Shown here: positions 26,969 through 36,909 of the stretch, in pieces
How the letters are laid out: each line of letters begins with the position of its first letter
Numbering within the stretch: the first letter of the stretch is position 1
NCBI RefSeq assembly: GCF_018977255.1
Contig: NW_024704951.1
Coordinates: 1 to 64,000 of the forward strand
Origin: Callorhinchus milii
Taxonomy: Eukaryota
Direction of reading: 5' to 3'
Length of the DNA: 64,000 bases
The notes under the pieces: generated by a model
Database searches by the model: none
What the model saw: the letters and a program-made list of their open reading frames with translations, nothing else
What the model was told of the DNA's origin: nothing
Translations under genes and position numbers: made by a program

Positions 26969-28158
26969 ATGGAGCAAAGACCCTCAGCGCAGTTTGGTAC
27001 AAAAATGCAACAATGCGACCAGTGTGCATACAGCACGGATCGTCCTGGACATTTGACACAGCACCAGAGAACTCACACAGGAGAGAAACCCTTAAAGTGC
27101 ACTTTGTGTGAAAAGTCATTTGCATGGCCATCAGTTCTTCAGAGCCACCAGAGAACACACACGGGAGAGAAACCCTTCAGGTGCACTCTGTGCGGGAAGG
27201 CGTTTGCCGAGTCATCACATCTTAAACTACACCAGAGAACACACACGGGAGAGAAACCCTTCAAGTGCAGTGTGTGTGGGAAGGCATTTTCAGATTCATC
27301 TGCTCTTAAAAAACACCGGAGAACACACACAGGAGAGAAACCCTTCAAGTGCAGTCTGTGCGGGAAGGTGTTTTCACAGTCATCTGGTCTTGTATTGCAC
27401 CAGAGAACACACACGGGAGAGAAACCCTTCAAGTGCAGTCTGTGCGGGAAGGCGTTTGCAGTGTCATCACATCTTAAACAACACCAGATAACACACACAA
27501 AAGAGAAACCTTTCAAGTGCACTGTCTGTGAGAAGTCATTTGCATGGTCATCAGGTCTTAATTGCCACCAGAGAACACACACGGGAGAGAAACCCTTCAA
27601 GTGCACTCTGTGCGGGAAGGCGTTTGCTGAGTCATCGCATCTTAAACTACATCAGAGAACACACACGGGAGAGAAACCCTTCAGGTGCACTGTGTGCGGG
27701 AAAGCATTTGCAGGTTTATCAAATCTTAACAGACACCAGAGGACATACAATCATCAGAAGATCCCCAAGGAGTGGAGTCTGAAATCGGCTTGTGAAAGTC
27801 AAAGTGCTGCAATGAGCCCATCCCTCATGAAACCAGAACTAAATCCCAGCATGGACACTTTTAAAGGTATCAAGGTGAAATGTGAAGAGGCGAAGGTGAA
27901 ATGTGAAGAAGTGATGAGCGAAGAAGTGAAGGTGAAATGTGAAAAAGTGATGGTGAAGAGCGAAAAAGTGACAGTAAACTGTGAAGATGAAGATTCAACT
28001 CCAAAATCGGACCTTCACATCGATGGGGCAACGTGAAGCAGGAGGAGAATTCTGACTGTGAGTCAGAGCGAGGCAACTCCCAACAGTTTGTGGAAGTGGA
28101 GGTGTGGGTGGACTTCTTAGACAATGCAAAGTCAAATGGAGACCCGGTAGATGTGTAA
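26969..28158 (+). CDS. C2H2 zinc-finger protein, copy 1 (8 canonical fingers plus 1 atypical HQRTYNH finger) with a C-terminal VKCE-repeat/acidic tail
   Basis: ORF 26969-28036 has TGEKP-linked CxxC...HxxxH repeats. One missing G at ~28025-28029 (GATGGGGCAAC vs GATGGGGGCAAC in copy 2) shifts the frame; restoring it extends the protein to ...NGDPVDV-TAA at 28158. Polypyrimidine-CAG acceptors end at 26928 and 26958. Confidence 0.9.
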
Positions 28159-28685
28159 GCTTAATGAAGCTCCAATAGATTCACCTTTGTCACAGGCCTT
28201 TAATGAAAATGAACGTGAAGTCGAACACTCAATTCCTGGGTTCAGCCTGCAGAATAAGAGCGGCGAGTATTTGTTGACCTGTGGGTTGGGTAGATGAATA
28301 ATCAGGATCAAGAGACAATATGCTCCCAAGTATTCCACTGTTATATTTATATTTGCATTGATATGGTGCTTGCTTTATTGCCTTAGCAACTCAGTTGTTT
28401 CATGTCTCATCACAGACACTCGAAGAGCACCTTCAAGTGGCAGCTGCCTCTGTGTGATAAGGTGACCCTGCTCGAGCCTGCATGTGGGCATGAGTCTGTC
28501 AGTAGGGAGTGATGATCGATGTGTAATCTCCATTATGTAATTTCTGGATAATGTTTGGAATTATCCAAATATTGACCATGACCCCAACATGCAATGACCT
28601 ATGCGTTTTGAATGACAATAGTATGTTTTACATCCACTGTTAAGCAGACGGTGCATATTTGGTTTAATGTTACTGGAGTAGCCAG

Positions 28686-28753
28686 GGGTGCCTGTCGGAT
28701 TTGAGCCTTGAACCTCTGTAATAAATAGAGAATGTGCTACCACTGGGCTTCCC
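28686..28753 (-). mobile_element. Degenerate tRNA-derived SINE head in the ZNF 3' flank
   Basis: The minus strand reads AGCCCAGTGGTAGCAC (A-box-like) ... GGCTCAAATCC (B-box-like). It also supplies a plus-strand AATAAA at 28720-28725. Confidence 0.45.
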
Positions 28754-29111
28754 TTAATCTGAGTGTAGGCATGACAGCCTGAATGTTTCTAACCGGAGCA
28801 GATGTTCAATTTAGAGGGGTCCACGTTTTACATGGCTACAGAAGGGAGGGCATTACTGTGGCCGAGAAGAACCGAAGCTTCATGCGGAGTGACAGACCAG
28901 GTAGCTTCCACACAGCATTGCGCAGCCGATGAAATGATAATGCCGCCCGACTGATTCGGACCACCCACACAGTGTACACACACCATGTCTACACAGAGCG
29001 TACACAGTGTACCCGCACAGTATACAAACAGCCTGTACACACACAGTAACAAAACAACCGCCATTTGTCACTAAGTGTTAATGAGCCCGACACATTATCA
29101 TAATTTATTCA

Positions 29112-29295
29112 TATTGGTTCTTTCGGTAAAGTCACGTAGAATGGAAATAATAAAATAAAAATAAAACTATAAAATAATTCTCACGTTTCGGCCACAACGC
29201 AAGCAGCCGTCACCAGGTGAAGACCAGGTCTGTCGATTTTACCGAAAGAACCAAGAATATGAATCCCTGCAGTCACGAAAGCTTTAAATCGAAAT
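29112..29295. mobile_element. Fold-back Penelope-like insertion with a 12-bp TSD and a degenerate hammerhead (copies ~37865, ~46522, ~55196)
   Basis: TTGGTTCTTTCGGTAAA / TTTACCGAAAGAACCAA inverted ends and a CCTGCAGTCACGAAAGCTTTAAA tail. ATAATTTATTCA is duplicated at 29100-29111 and 29296-29307. Confidence 0.75.
29180..29221 (-). ncRNA. Degenerate minimal hammerhead ribozyme (probably inactive)
   Basis: Minus strand TTCAC-CTGGTGA-C-GGCTGC-TTGCGTT-GTGGCC-GAAACGT-GAG: core A6 is changed to G and 3 nt are lost at the cleavage site. The intact form AAACGTCGTGAG is seen at ~29674. Confidence 0.65.
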
Positions 29296-29591
29296 ATAAT
29301 TTATTCACCATTGTAACCTCATTTGCCAGAAGAAAAAATATGATAATTGTTTTTTTACCCCTTTTAGCTGTCAACAAAACTGATCTGGTCCAACACCATG
29401 TGAGACTATGCTCTTAAGGAAAGCTGTCTTGGGTGTGGACCAATCAACTTCAAGGACAGTGCATACATTATCAGAGTTATATTTTTTGTTTGTATTACGA
29501 CTGCAGGTATTGTGGTCTATGCAAACATGACTCCTTGTAAAAAAGGTGTCAGTTTTGTTGCCAGATAAAATGGTAAAACAAATGATAATTT

Positions 29592-29762
29592 TTCGATTTA
29601 AAGCTTTCGTGACTGCAGGGATTCATCTTCTTGGTTCTTTCGGTAAAGTCACGTAGAAGGGAAGTAATAAAATAAACGTCGTGAGAATTATTTTATTATG
29701 TTTTATTTTTATTATTTTATTACTTCCCTTCTACGTGACTTTACCGAAAGAACCAAGAAGAT
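29592..29762. mobile_element. Second fold-back Penelope-like insertion, opposite orientation, 12-bp TSD (copies ~38342, ~47000, ~55674)
   Basis: ~50-bp perfect arms ATCTTCTTGGTTCTTTCGGTAAAGTCACGTAGAAGGGAAGTAATAAAATAA and reverse complement. TSD AAATTATAATTT is perfect in units 2 and 4 and has 1 mismatch in unit 1. Confidence 0.78.
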
Positions 29763-29799
29763 AAATTATAATTTATTCAAGTTACACTGCTGCTCGATA

Positions 29800-29975
29800 G
29801 GGGAGGGGATTGTGTGGACCCCGCAAGTGACGTCATGTCACCTCCTGCCGCATGACGTCACGGCATACCAGGAAGCTTCTGCTCCGCGCACGTTCGCGCA
29901 CGGAGATCCGTGGTGAGAAGATTACATCGTGGTGGTTGTGGTTATTGTTGTGGTTGTTGTTGTGAACCTAGGTAG
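29800..29975 (+). promoter_or_regulatory. Candidate CpG-rich promoter and short first exon (copies at ~38560, ~47210, ~55880)
   Basis: Two perfect CRE palindromes TGACGTCA (29828-29835, 29853-29860), an ETS-like CAGGAAG and CGCGCAC twice. Possible donors follow: TG/GTGAGA (29913) and AG/GTAGAG (29972). Confidence 0.5.
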
Positions 29976-30540
29976 AGCCTCGCTCCTTCTCCCTCTCGTA
30001 TGGATATCAATTGAGTAGCAGCGAGTATGGAATCGATGTCCAGGTTGGAACATTACAACGCAGGGCCTAGCCATGCGGGGCCTTGCCTCCTGCCCTCGCC
30101 TGATTGCATTTGCTTTAATTCTCAGCTTAAGTTTAATTTGTCTTCACCTGGCTCACTACTTTGAAACTTTTTTTTACTTTAAATATTTCTACGTTTTTTT
30201 ATTTTACCAGGCATAGCCCACTTGAGCTACACCGCTCGTTTTCAGAAGCGACCTGCCCACAACACAGTGGGCTTATCAACGCGTGGAAATGTTTATCGGT
30301 CAAATACTCTAAACGCGTGGTGATGTTGACTCTAAATGTGCAGGGGAAAACCGCAGGATCCGGAGGAAAATCCACGCGACCACGGAGAGAGAGGGACACG
30401 CAAACTCCAAATATACAGCCATAATACAGGTTTGTTTGTGTGAGATCGCGTAAATAAATCAATGTGTCGTTAACCCCGCCACCACCCGACACAGCCAATT
30501 AGCAAGGGTTGTCACGTAAACAGAACGTGGACCATGTGTC

Positions 30541-30627
30541 ACTAGTACAGCACTAGTGTGTAGTGTAGTGTATAGTAGTGTATAGTGTAGTGTATGGTAG
30601 TGTATAGTGTAGTGTACTAGTACAGCA
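30541..30627 (+). repeat. (TAGTG/TAGTGTA)n microsatellite bracketed by ACTAGTACAGCA direct repeats
   Basis: Seen directly. Copies at ~39292 and ~47930, and a longer one at 56619-56737. Confidence 0.85.
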
Positions 30628-30689
30628 TATCGGTATGTTGGAGAGCCAAGCCACAACATTTACAATCTGAGTACGACGTTTTGACAGTA

Positions 30690-31254
30690 CAGTGGTACCC
30701 CGGGGATCGAACTTAATTCGTTCCAGAAGGCCATTCGAACACCGATTTGTTGGAACACCGAATTAATTTCCCCCATAAGAGTTAATGTTAAGGACATGAA
30801 TTGGTTCCAGACACAATACATCTCTCATACAGCATTTTTACACGAAGTTTACAGTAATTACATGAATAAAAAAATACAAAAACAAACACAAATGAAATAA
30901 ATGAACATTGAACTTCACTACCACTAACCTTCTTAGGAGACATTGTGTATGGATAAACACCAAAAAACACTAAAATAAAGGAAATTAACTAAAAAGTTAA
31001 GGAACGATGTTTTGCCGGTCTGCACTGGGTGAGAGCTACGCGTTAACTAAGCCTCTCACACGGTAAAACATTTGTCTGGGTAAGCGTCATGCATGCTGGC
31101 CATACACGTCTCAGCCAAACAGGTTTTTTCAAGTCGTGATTGCCCGTTCGACCTCCGAATTTCGTTCGGTTTCCGGGGCAAAAAATGGTCGGAAATATCG
31201 TTCTAACACCGATTTGTTCGAGTTCTGGTGCGTTCCATCTCCGAGATTCTTCTG
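30690..31254. mobile_element. Tc1/mariner (Tigger/pogo-like) MITE with TA TSD (copies 39441-39998, 48079-48640)
   Basis: TA-CAGTGGTACCCCGGGGATCGAAC...GTTCCATCTCCGAGATTCTTCTG-TA has imperfect 23-bp TIRs. The empty site ACAG-TA-ATT is visible in unit 4 at ~56793-56801. Confidence 0.85.
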
Positions 31255-31413
31255 TAATTTCAACAAACTTCATCAGGCGACAGCCAAATGTTGTGGCTTG
31301 GCTCTGTGGGAATATAAATTGGCTCACTGGGTTCATAGCGCAGCACGCTAACTGTTGCACCACCGCTCCCCACTCACGCAAAAACTTCATCGGAAGTATA
31401 GTATTTTTCCAGT

Positions 31414-33768
31414 AATGACTAAGTTACCCGGCTTAGCTCAGGTCTCAGTAATTAAACATTAAGAGTAATGTCTTGCCATTCTGACTTTATTACAATTATT
31501 GAATTTTGCCAATGAAGTCTGTAAATGTGTGTATATTGTCTCGGTTTTTTGGTTGTGTTATACAATATCAGGGCTTGTTTGTTTCATAATGAGGACAACT
31601 TCTAAATCAGTGGCCCTTGGAGAGCTTCATGATAGACAATGTTGGATGTTTTGCCATCTGGTGGGTTTCATCAAATGAAGCTTCCATTTTGGTATACATG
31701 TCGACAGAAAATTTGTGGAAGAGCTCTTTGCATCTCAAGAACAGATTGAAGTTGCCGTTCGCACCATGATCCTGAAGGCAAAGCAGTCCATGGCGGAAAT
31801 CTTCTTTTGTGTTGGCAAGCCTGTTGCTAGGTCCGTTTGGTGAAGTCGGAAAAATTGTAGCCATCATCACCTTGCCAGAAAATCAGTAGACATTGCAGAG
31901 CATCATGGGATCGGTGTGTTTCATTTCTGTGTAGGGTGTTGTTCCTCAGTTGCAAGACGATGCCTCGAGTGCCATGTTCAGCAGTCAGAATGACAGCGAC
32001 TTCAGATGTGAGTGCATTTAAGCGGCACTCATGTTGACCATGTGGAATTTAGTCTGCATGAATGACAACATTGTAACTCTGAAGTCATTTTTTACATGGC
32101 ACACTTGAAACTGAATGTAAGAGTTTTCCTTATGGAGCATGTCTTGCAACAGCAATAGGACTGGCATCTTGGTGTTTATGACATTTTTGCAATGCTGGTG
32201 AGCCTGTCTGGTATTGTCAGATATGCAAGTAGATCTCTGGTAATGTAGGTAGGTTATTAGGTAGTGGCAGCAGACTGACAATGCGAGTATGTACCTGGCC
32301 CTGCACTTAAATGTGGGCATGTAGCCAGATGTTACGATGAGTTGGTCGGTGCCAAAACATGATCATTTGGAACCATGAGTTATATTTTAAATTGTTGTTT
32401 TGGAAATGGCTTTTCAGGTATCAATACATGAATAGGCTCGGTATGGTCATTAATTGTAGGAAGCTGAACCATGGTACTGTTGCAGAATAGCCTTGGAGGG
32501 TCTCCTTTCAATGTCATTGTATGGCAGTAGCTGCAAGAAGTAGACATGGAACCAATAGCAACTAATGGATCGGTGTAAATGAAGTGAGAAATTTATGGAA
32601 AAAATACTTATCCTTTTGGCTGCAGGGTAGGCACCTGGTTGCAGCCATTGTAGTACTGTTTGCAAGCTGAGGTGCTTGTTGGCGGACTGGAGTCTATTAG
32701 CTGTTGCAACAGCCAATTGTGCTGTGTTACTTTCTGTGGAGCTTATTGCTTTTGATGAGATGCATTCACTGTAGGTGCAGGCATAGCAGCACTGGCAGCA
32801 TGCCGTCTTGTTTGGTGTTCAGCAGTGTCCTCAATAGGTGCAGCCATCGCAGCACTTATACAAATAGCATCAATTATTGTAATCCGCTTTGGTGAAGAGA
32901 AGCGCATGTTTTCCGCAAGGAACATTATAGGTGGAGGTAAAAGTTAGTAAGCAGAAAAAAGCATGAATAGTGAGTGTGTGAGTAAATGCTGTGGTGAGAT
33001 TATTTATTAAATTATAGTTGAATGTGGAATCGTTGTAAGAATATGAAGACATAGCTGCAACGGAATAAAGTATGAGGATGTAAGTTGTTGGAGGGAGTAA
33101 TTGTTTGTAGTGCTTGAAGTGGGTATGAATAGTATGTGTGTGGTGGTGCGTATACACAAAATAAGTTGAATGTGTGTGTGCGTGCTTTTTATTCCTTACC
33201 AGGCGATCTAGACTTGATTTATTTTGTCGTAGCTGTTGCATAGCGTCTATATTGTGTAGGAGGAGGTCGGTAGTCCTGGCACATAGATGTAGATATTTTA
33301 GAATCGTACATGTCTTTTTAAAATAAATATTGCAGTGTGTGTTAGAGGTGAGCCGTGCATGTGCATAGAGGACAGTAAGGAGCTGGAAGTGGATGAATTT
33401 GGCAGCAAAAGCGCAGGTCTGATAATAGGGAAGGATAACATGGTAAATATGACAACAAATATTGCAGTGCAGACACTTATGTTATGATGAGTGCTTGGAA
33501 TTGTAGTATATGAAATGTCATAATGTGTTTGCGTGTGTGGCTAACCCATGGTGATAGAAATGGAGGGGGGGGGGAGGAATGGTGGGGGGTTGGAGTGTGC
33601 AGGTGTCTGAGGTTTGAAGTTGAGCAGGTAAGCTAAAAATAGTGTGACAAACACACTAACTCACCTGTGAGTACTCATTGAATGTTTACGCTGTGTAGGT
33701 TTAATGGTGTTGGCACAATTTGGTTCACAAAAAATTTACATGCGCAAAGTCTGCTTTATTTAATTAGC
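31414..33768 (-). mobile_element. Internally deleted Helitron (Rep-helicase relic), unit 1
   Basis: Minus-strand peptides match RepHel N-terminal motifs: HFQNNNLKYNSWFQM, MPTFK, LQDMLHKENSYI, VVIHAD*IPHGQHECRLNALTSEVAVI...ETHRSHDALQCLLIFWQGDDGY, KKISAMD, ELFHKFSVDMYTKME. These are fused to the helicase C-terminus PDGKTSNIVYHEALQ. A decayed subterminal hairpin lies at ~31425-31443. Confidence 0.85.
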
Positions 33769-35888
33769 TTCATACTATTTTTTCGTCTTCAATTTTTTTT
33801 TGTTTACGGTTTCTGAATGTTTATTTCAATTGTTTAGTTTTTAGTTGATTTGGAATGCACTACAGTACTTGTTTCGATTGTGATGTGAATTTTATATTCT
33901 TATTCTTGGTTCTTTCGGTAAAGTCACGTAGAAGGGAAATAATAAAATAATAATAAAAAACGATAAATATGCCTCGAAGCCCTATGTTAACCCAAAACTC
34001 GAAGCATACAATTTCGGTTGTCTGATTAGAAAATGAATATTTATGAAAGCTAAATTCAGCTAACAAAGCAAAGGGTGTTGAAAATAATACTGTTTGTATT
34101 ATGCATAAATTAATGTTCAAACGAAACTTAGAGGTGTGAAGCCAGGCTTAAGTATTGAATATCGCACTTTTAGCTTTCGCTCAGCAATTTCCAAGAACGT
34201 AACCTCCGATATTCAAGGGGGTAATTTATTTTCTGTCGATCGAGTACAGAAGAGGAGTACGGATTTTTAGCGGAAACTCGATTTCTGCATTTTTTATATA
34301 ATTAATGCCTATAGTATCATAAAGAGGCTTGGGGCTTTTGGTTGTTTGTTTCGGGTCCAGTTCCACTTGTTGGAGACTCAGTGGAACGTAGACCCTAGAT
34401 GTAGACGAAGGTTTCTTAAGGTTGAACAACAACGCCGGTTCCTCTGGGGGACCCGGCTTATATTCTCTGCGGTTTGGCTGGCTCCCTCCCTTGGCCACGA
34501 CCACTTTCCAGAATCCTCGAGCAGGATCTGGACCCGACCACGGACCACCCCTAGCCCCCACTTGGGGCCCCTTCGTAGACTTAACTGGTCACGTGTCCTC
34601 TCGGGTCAACCAGAGTGCCATGGCCTTTAGTAACCTCATTCCTACGGCCGTCACTCCCACACCCTATCCTGTAGGGCCAGCACTGCATGCCAAGCGTGGT
34701 GCCATCCTGCGCTATCAATCAGCGCTCTAGGGCTGGTACGACACCCACCATAGTGGTATCCGCGATGTCGTTACACCGCACGCCGTGCCTCTCGAGGGCC
34801 AGCACGACACAGTGACATCCCGCGATGTCACTAGATCTGTAAGAGTTTATCTGTGGGGAGCGGTGGCGCAGTTATTACACTGTGTAACAAAAAACATTTT
34901 TGTTCCTGGGTAGTGTTATTTCCTCATTGCCTATTCCTCAAAAGTACAGATTATTCCCCACAACTTTGCTTTTTTGATCAGGACAATGAGAAACGGGCTA
35001 ATTTGTGTCTTTTCGTTCACATAAAGTCCTGGTCACAAAAGCAAAGTTTGTGGGGAATAATAGCGATTTTGTATACTTTTTAGGCATAAGCAATTAAAAA
35101 ATAACACTTTGTACACAGGAACAAAAATTGTGTTACATAGTATTATTACTGTATTATGAATTCAATAATTTGAGTTTGATTATCTCCGACAACAAACGTG
35201 ATTGATAAGTGAAAACTTAACTTCTTGTGGGTCTCGGCTATGTTGATTGATCTTCAATTAATTACTTGGTGAAGTGAGAGAAGCATTCATATTGAGCAGA
35301 TGAAGGTGGCCAGGCATGGTTCTGGACACACCACCACTTTTTACCATGCCAGTGTGTAACAGTGTCAAGTTTGTATTTGCAGTAAAGTATATTAACTCTA
35401 TTGAACACGGAGGTTAAATCAAAACAATAGTTTATTTTTGTTTTTCTTTGGAACTTTTTACGAAAATGAACACGACACATATGCAGCTGAAGTTAGATCT
35501 GTTCATCCCAGCATTCAAGAAAATCTGAGCCTGGCTTCACACCTCTAAGTTTCGTTTGAACATTAATTTATGCATAATACAAACAGTATTATTTTCAACA
35601 CCCTTTGCTTTGTTAGCTGAATTTAGCTTTCATAAATATTCATTTTCTAGTCAGACAACCGAAATTGTATGCTTCGAGTTTTGGGTTAACATAGGGCTTC
35701 GAGGCATATTTATGACTATTTGCCCTCATTGTTTGTCATAACAGCCCGTGTGATGAATTTGGGAATATTAATAAGTGTAGACGTGTAAGTCATATGTGCC
35801 TCGATACTTACGTAGATGGTGTGGATATTCTCTTTTTTCTGTCTGCAGCTGACGTTTCCTCTGACGCTTCCTCTGCAGAATTGGTCTG

Positions 35889-36909
35889 ATGGAGCAAAGG
35901 CACTCAGCGCAGTTTGGTACAAAAATGCAACAATGCGACCAGTGTGCATACAGCACGGATCGTCCTGGACATTTCACACAGCACCAGAGAACTCACACAG
36001 GAGAGAAACCCTTCAGGTGCACTCTGTGCGGGAAGGCGTTTGCCGAGTCATCACATCTTAAACTACACCAGAGAACACACACGGGAGAGAAACCCTTCAA
36101 GTGCAGTGTGTGTGGGAAGGCATTTTCAAATTCATCTGCTCTTAAAAACACCGGAGAACACACACAGGAGAGAAACCCTTCAAGTGCAGTCTGTGCGGGA
36201 AGGTGTTTTCACAGTCATCTGGTCTTGTATTGCACCAGAGAACACACACGGGAGAGAAACCCTTCAAGTGCAGTCTGTGCGGGAAGGCGTTTGCAGTGTC
36301 ATCACATCTTAAACAACACCAGATAACACACACAAAAGAGAAACCTTTCAAGTGCACTGTCTGTGAGAAGTCATTTGCATGGTCATCAGGTCTTAATTGC
36401 CACCAGAGAACACACCGGGAGAGAAACCCTTCAGGTGCACTGTGTGCGGGAAAGCATTTGCAGGTTTATCAAATCTTAACAGACACCAGAGGACATACAA
36501 TCATCAGAAGATCCCCAAGGAGTGGAGTCTGAAATCGGCTTGTGAAAGTCAAAGTGCTGCAATGAGCCCATCCCTCATGAAACCAGAACTAAATCCCAGC
36601 ATGGACACTTTTAAAGGTATCAAGGTGAAATGTGAAGAGGCGAAGGTGAAATGTGAAGAAGTGATGAGCGAAGAAGTGAAGGTGAAATGTGAAAAAGTGA
36701 TGGTGAAGAGCGAAAAAGTGACAGTAAACTGTGAAGATGAAGATTCAACTCCAAAATCGGACCTTCACATCGATGGGGGCAACGTGAAGCAGGAGGAGAA
36801 TTCTGACTGTGAGTCAGAGCGAGGCACCTCCCAACAGTTTGTGGAAGTGGAGGTGTGGGTGGACTTCTTAGACAATGCAAAGTCAAATGGAGACCCGGTA
36901 GATGTGTAA
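35889..36909 (+). CDS. C2H2 zinc-finger protein, copy 2 (7 fingers; two 1-bp frameshifts)
   Basis: ORFs 35889-36326, 36203-36532 and 36397-36909 tile one protein. The shifts lie in an A-run (~36145) and an AC-run (~36415), which is typical of read error. Confidence 0.8.

Larger units (their letters stand above)
30340..31373 (-). mobile_element. Interrupted V-SINE-like tRNA-derived SINE
   Basis: GGAAAACCGCAGGATCCGGAGGAAAATCCACGCGACCACGG...CACGCAAACTCCA (30345-30409) resembles the reverse-complement V-domain as I recall it. A tRNA-like head lies at ~31308-31373 (minus: GTGGGGAGCGGTGGTGCAACAGTTAGC). Confidence 0.5.
24924..33853 (+). repeat. Tandem ZNF-array unit 1 (8930 bp)
   Basis: AATGCACTACAGTACTT recurs at 24924, 33854, 42590 and 51234, and the sequences between these anchors are colinear and near-identical. 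Confidence 0.95.

Noticed and set aside
27010-27760. 84-bp periodic conserved/variable pattern resembling a CRISPR array
   Set aside because: It is the zinc-finger coding repeat in a eukaryotic context, with no cas genes.
27139-27782. Long antisense and alternate-frame ORFs over the ZF exons ([12 protein letters not shown]; [12 protein letters not shown])
   Set aside because: These are well-known shadow frames of C2H2 repeats.
26969-28158. Assignment to PRDM9 or a named ZNF gene
   Set aside because: No PR/SET, KRAB or SSXRD exon is recognisable in the unit, and generic fingers do not support a gene symbol.
28686-28753. Functional tRNA gene
   Set aside because: Only degenerate A and B boxes are present; no complete cloverleaf or terminator, so it is treated as a SINE relic.
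29309-29789. Additional MITE bounded by CATTGTAAC / GTTACACTG with inner arms CTGTCAACAAAACTGA / TCAGTTTTGTTGCCAG
   Set aside because: The inverted similarity is real but too decayed and interrupted to fix ends or a TSD.
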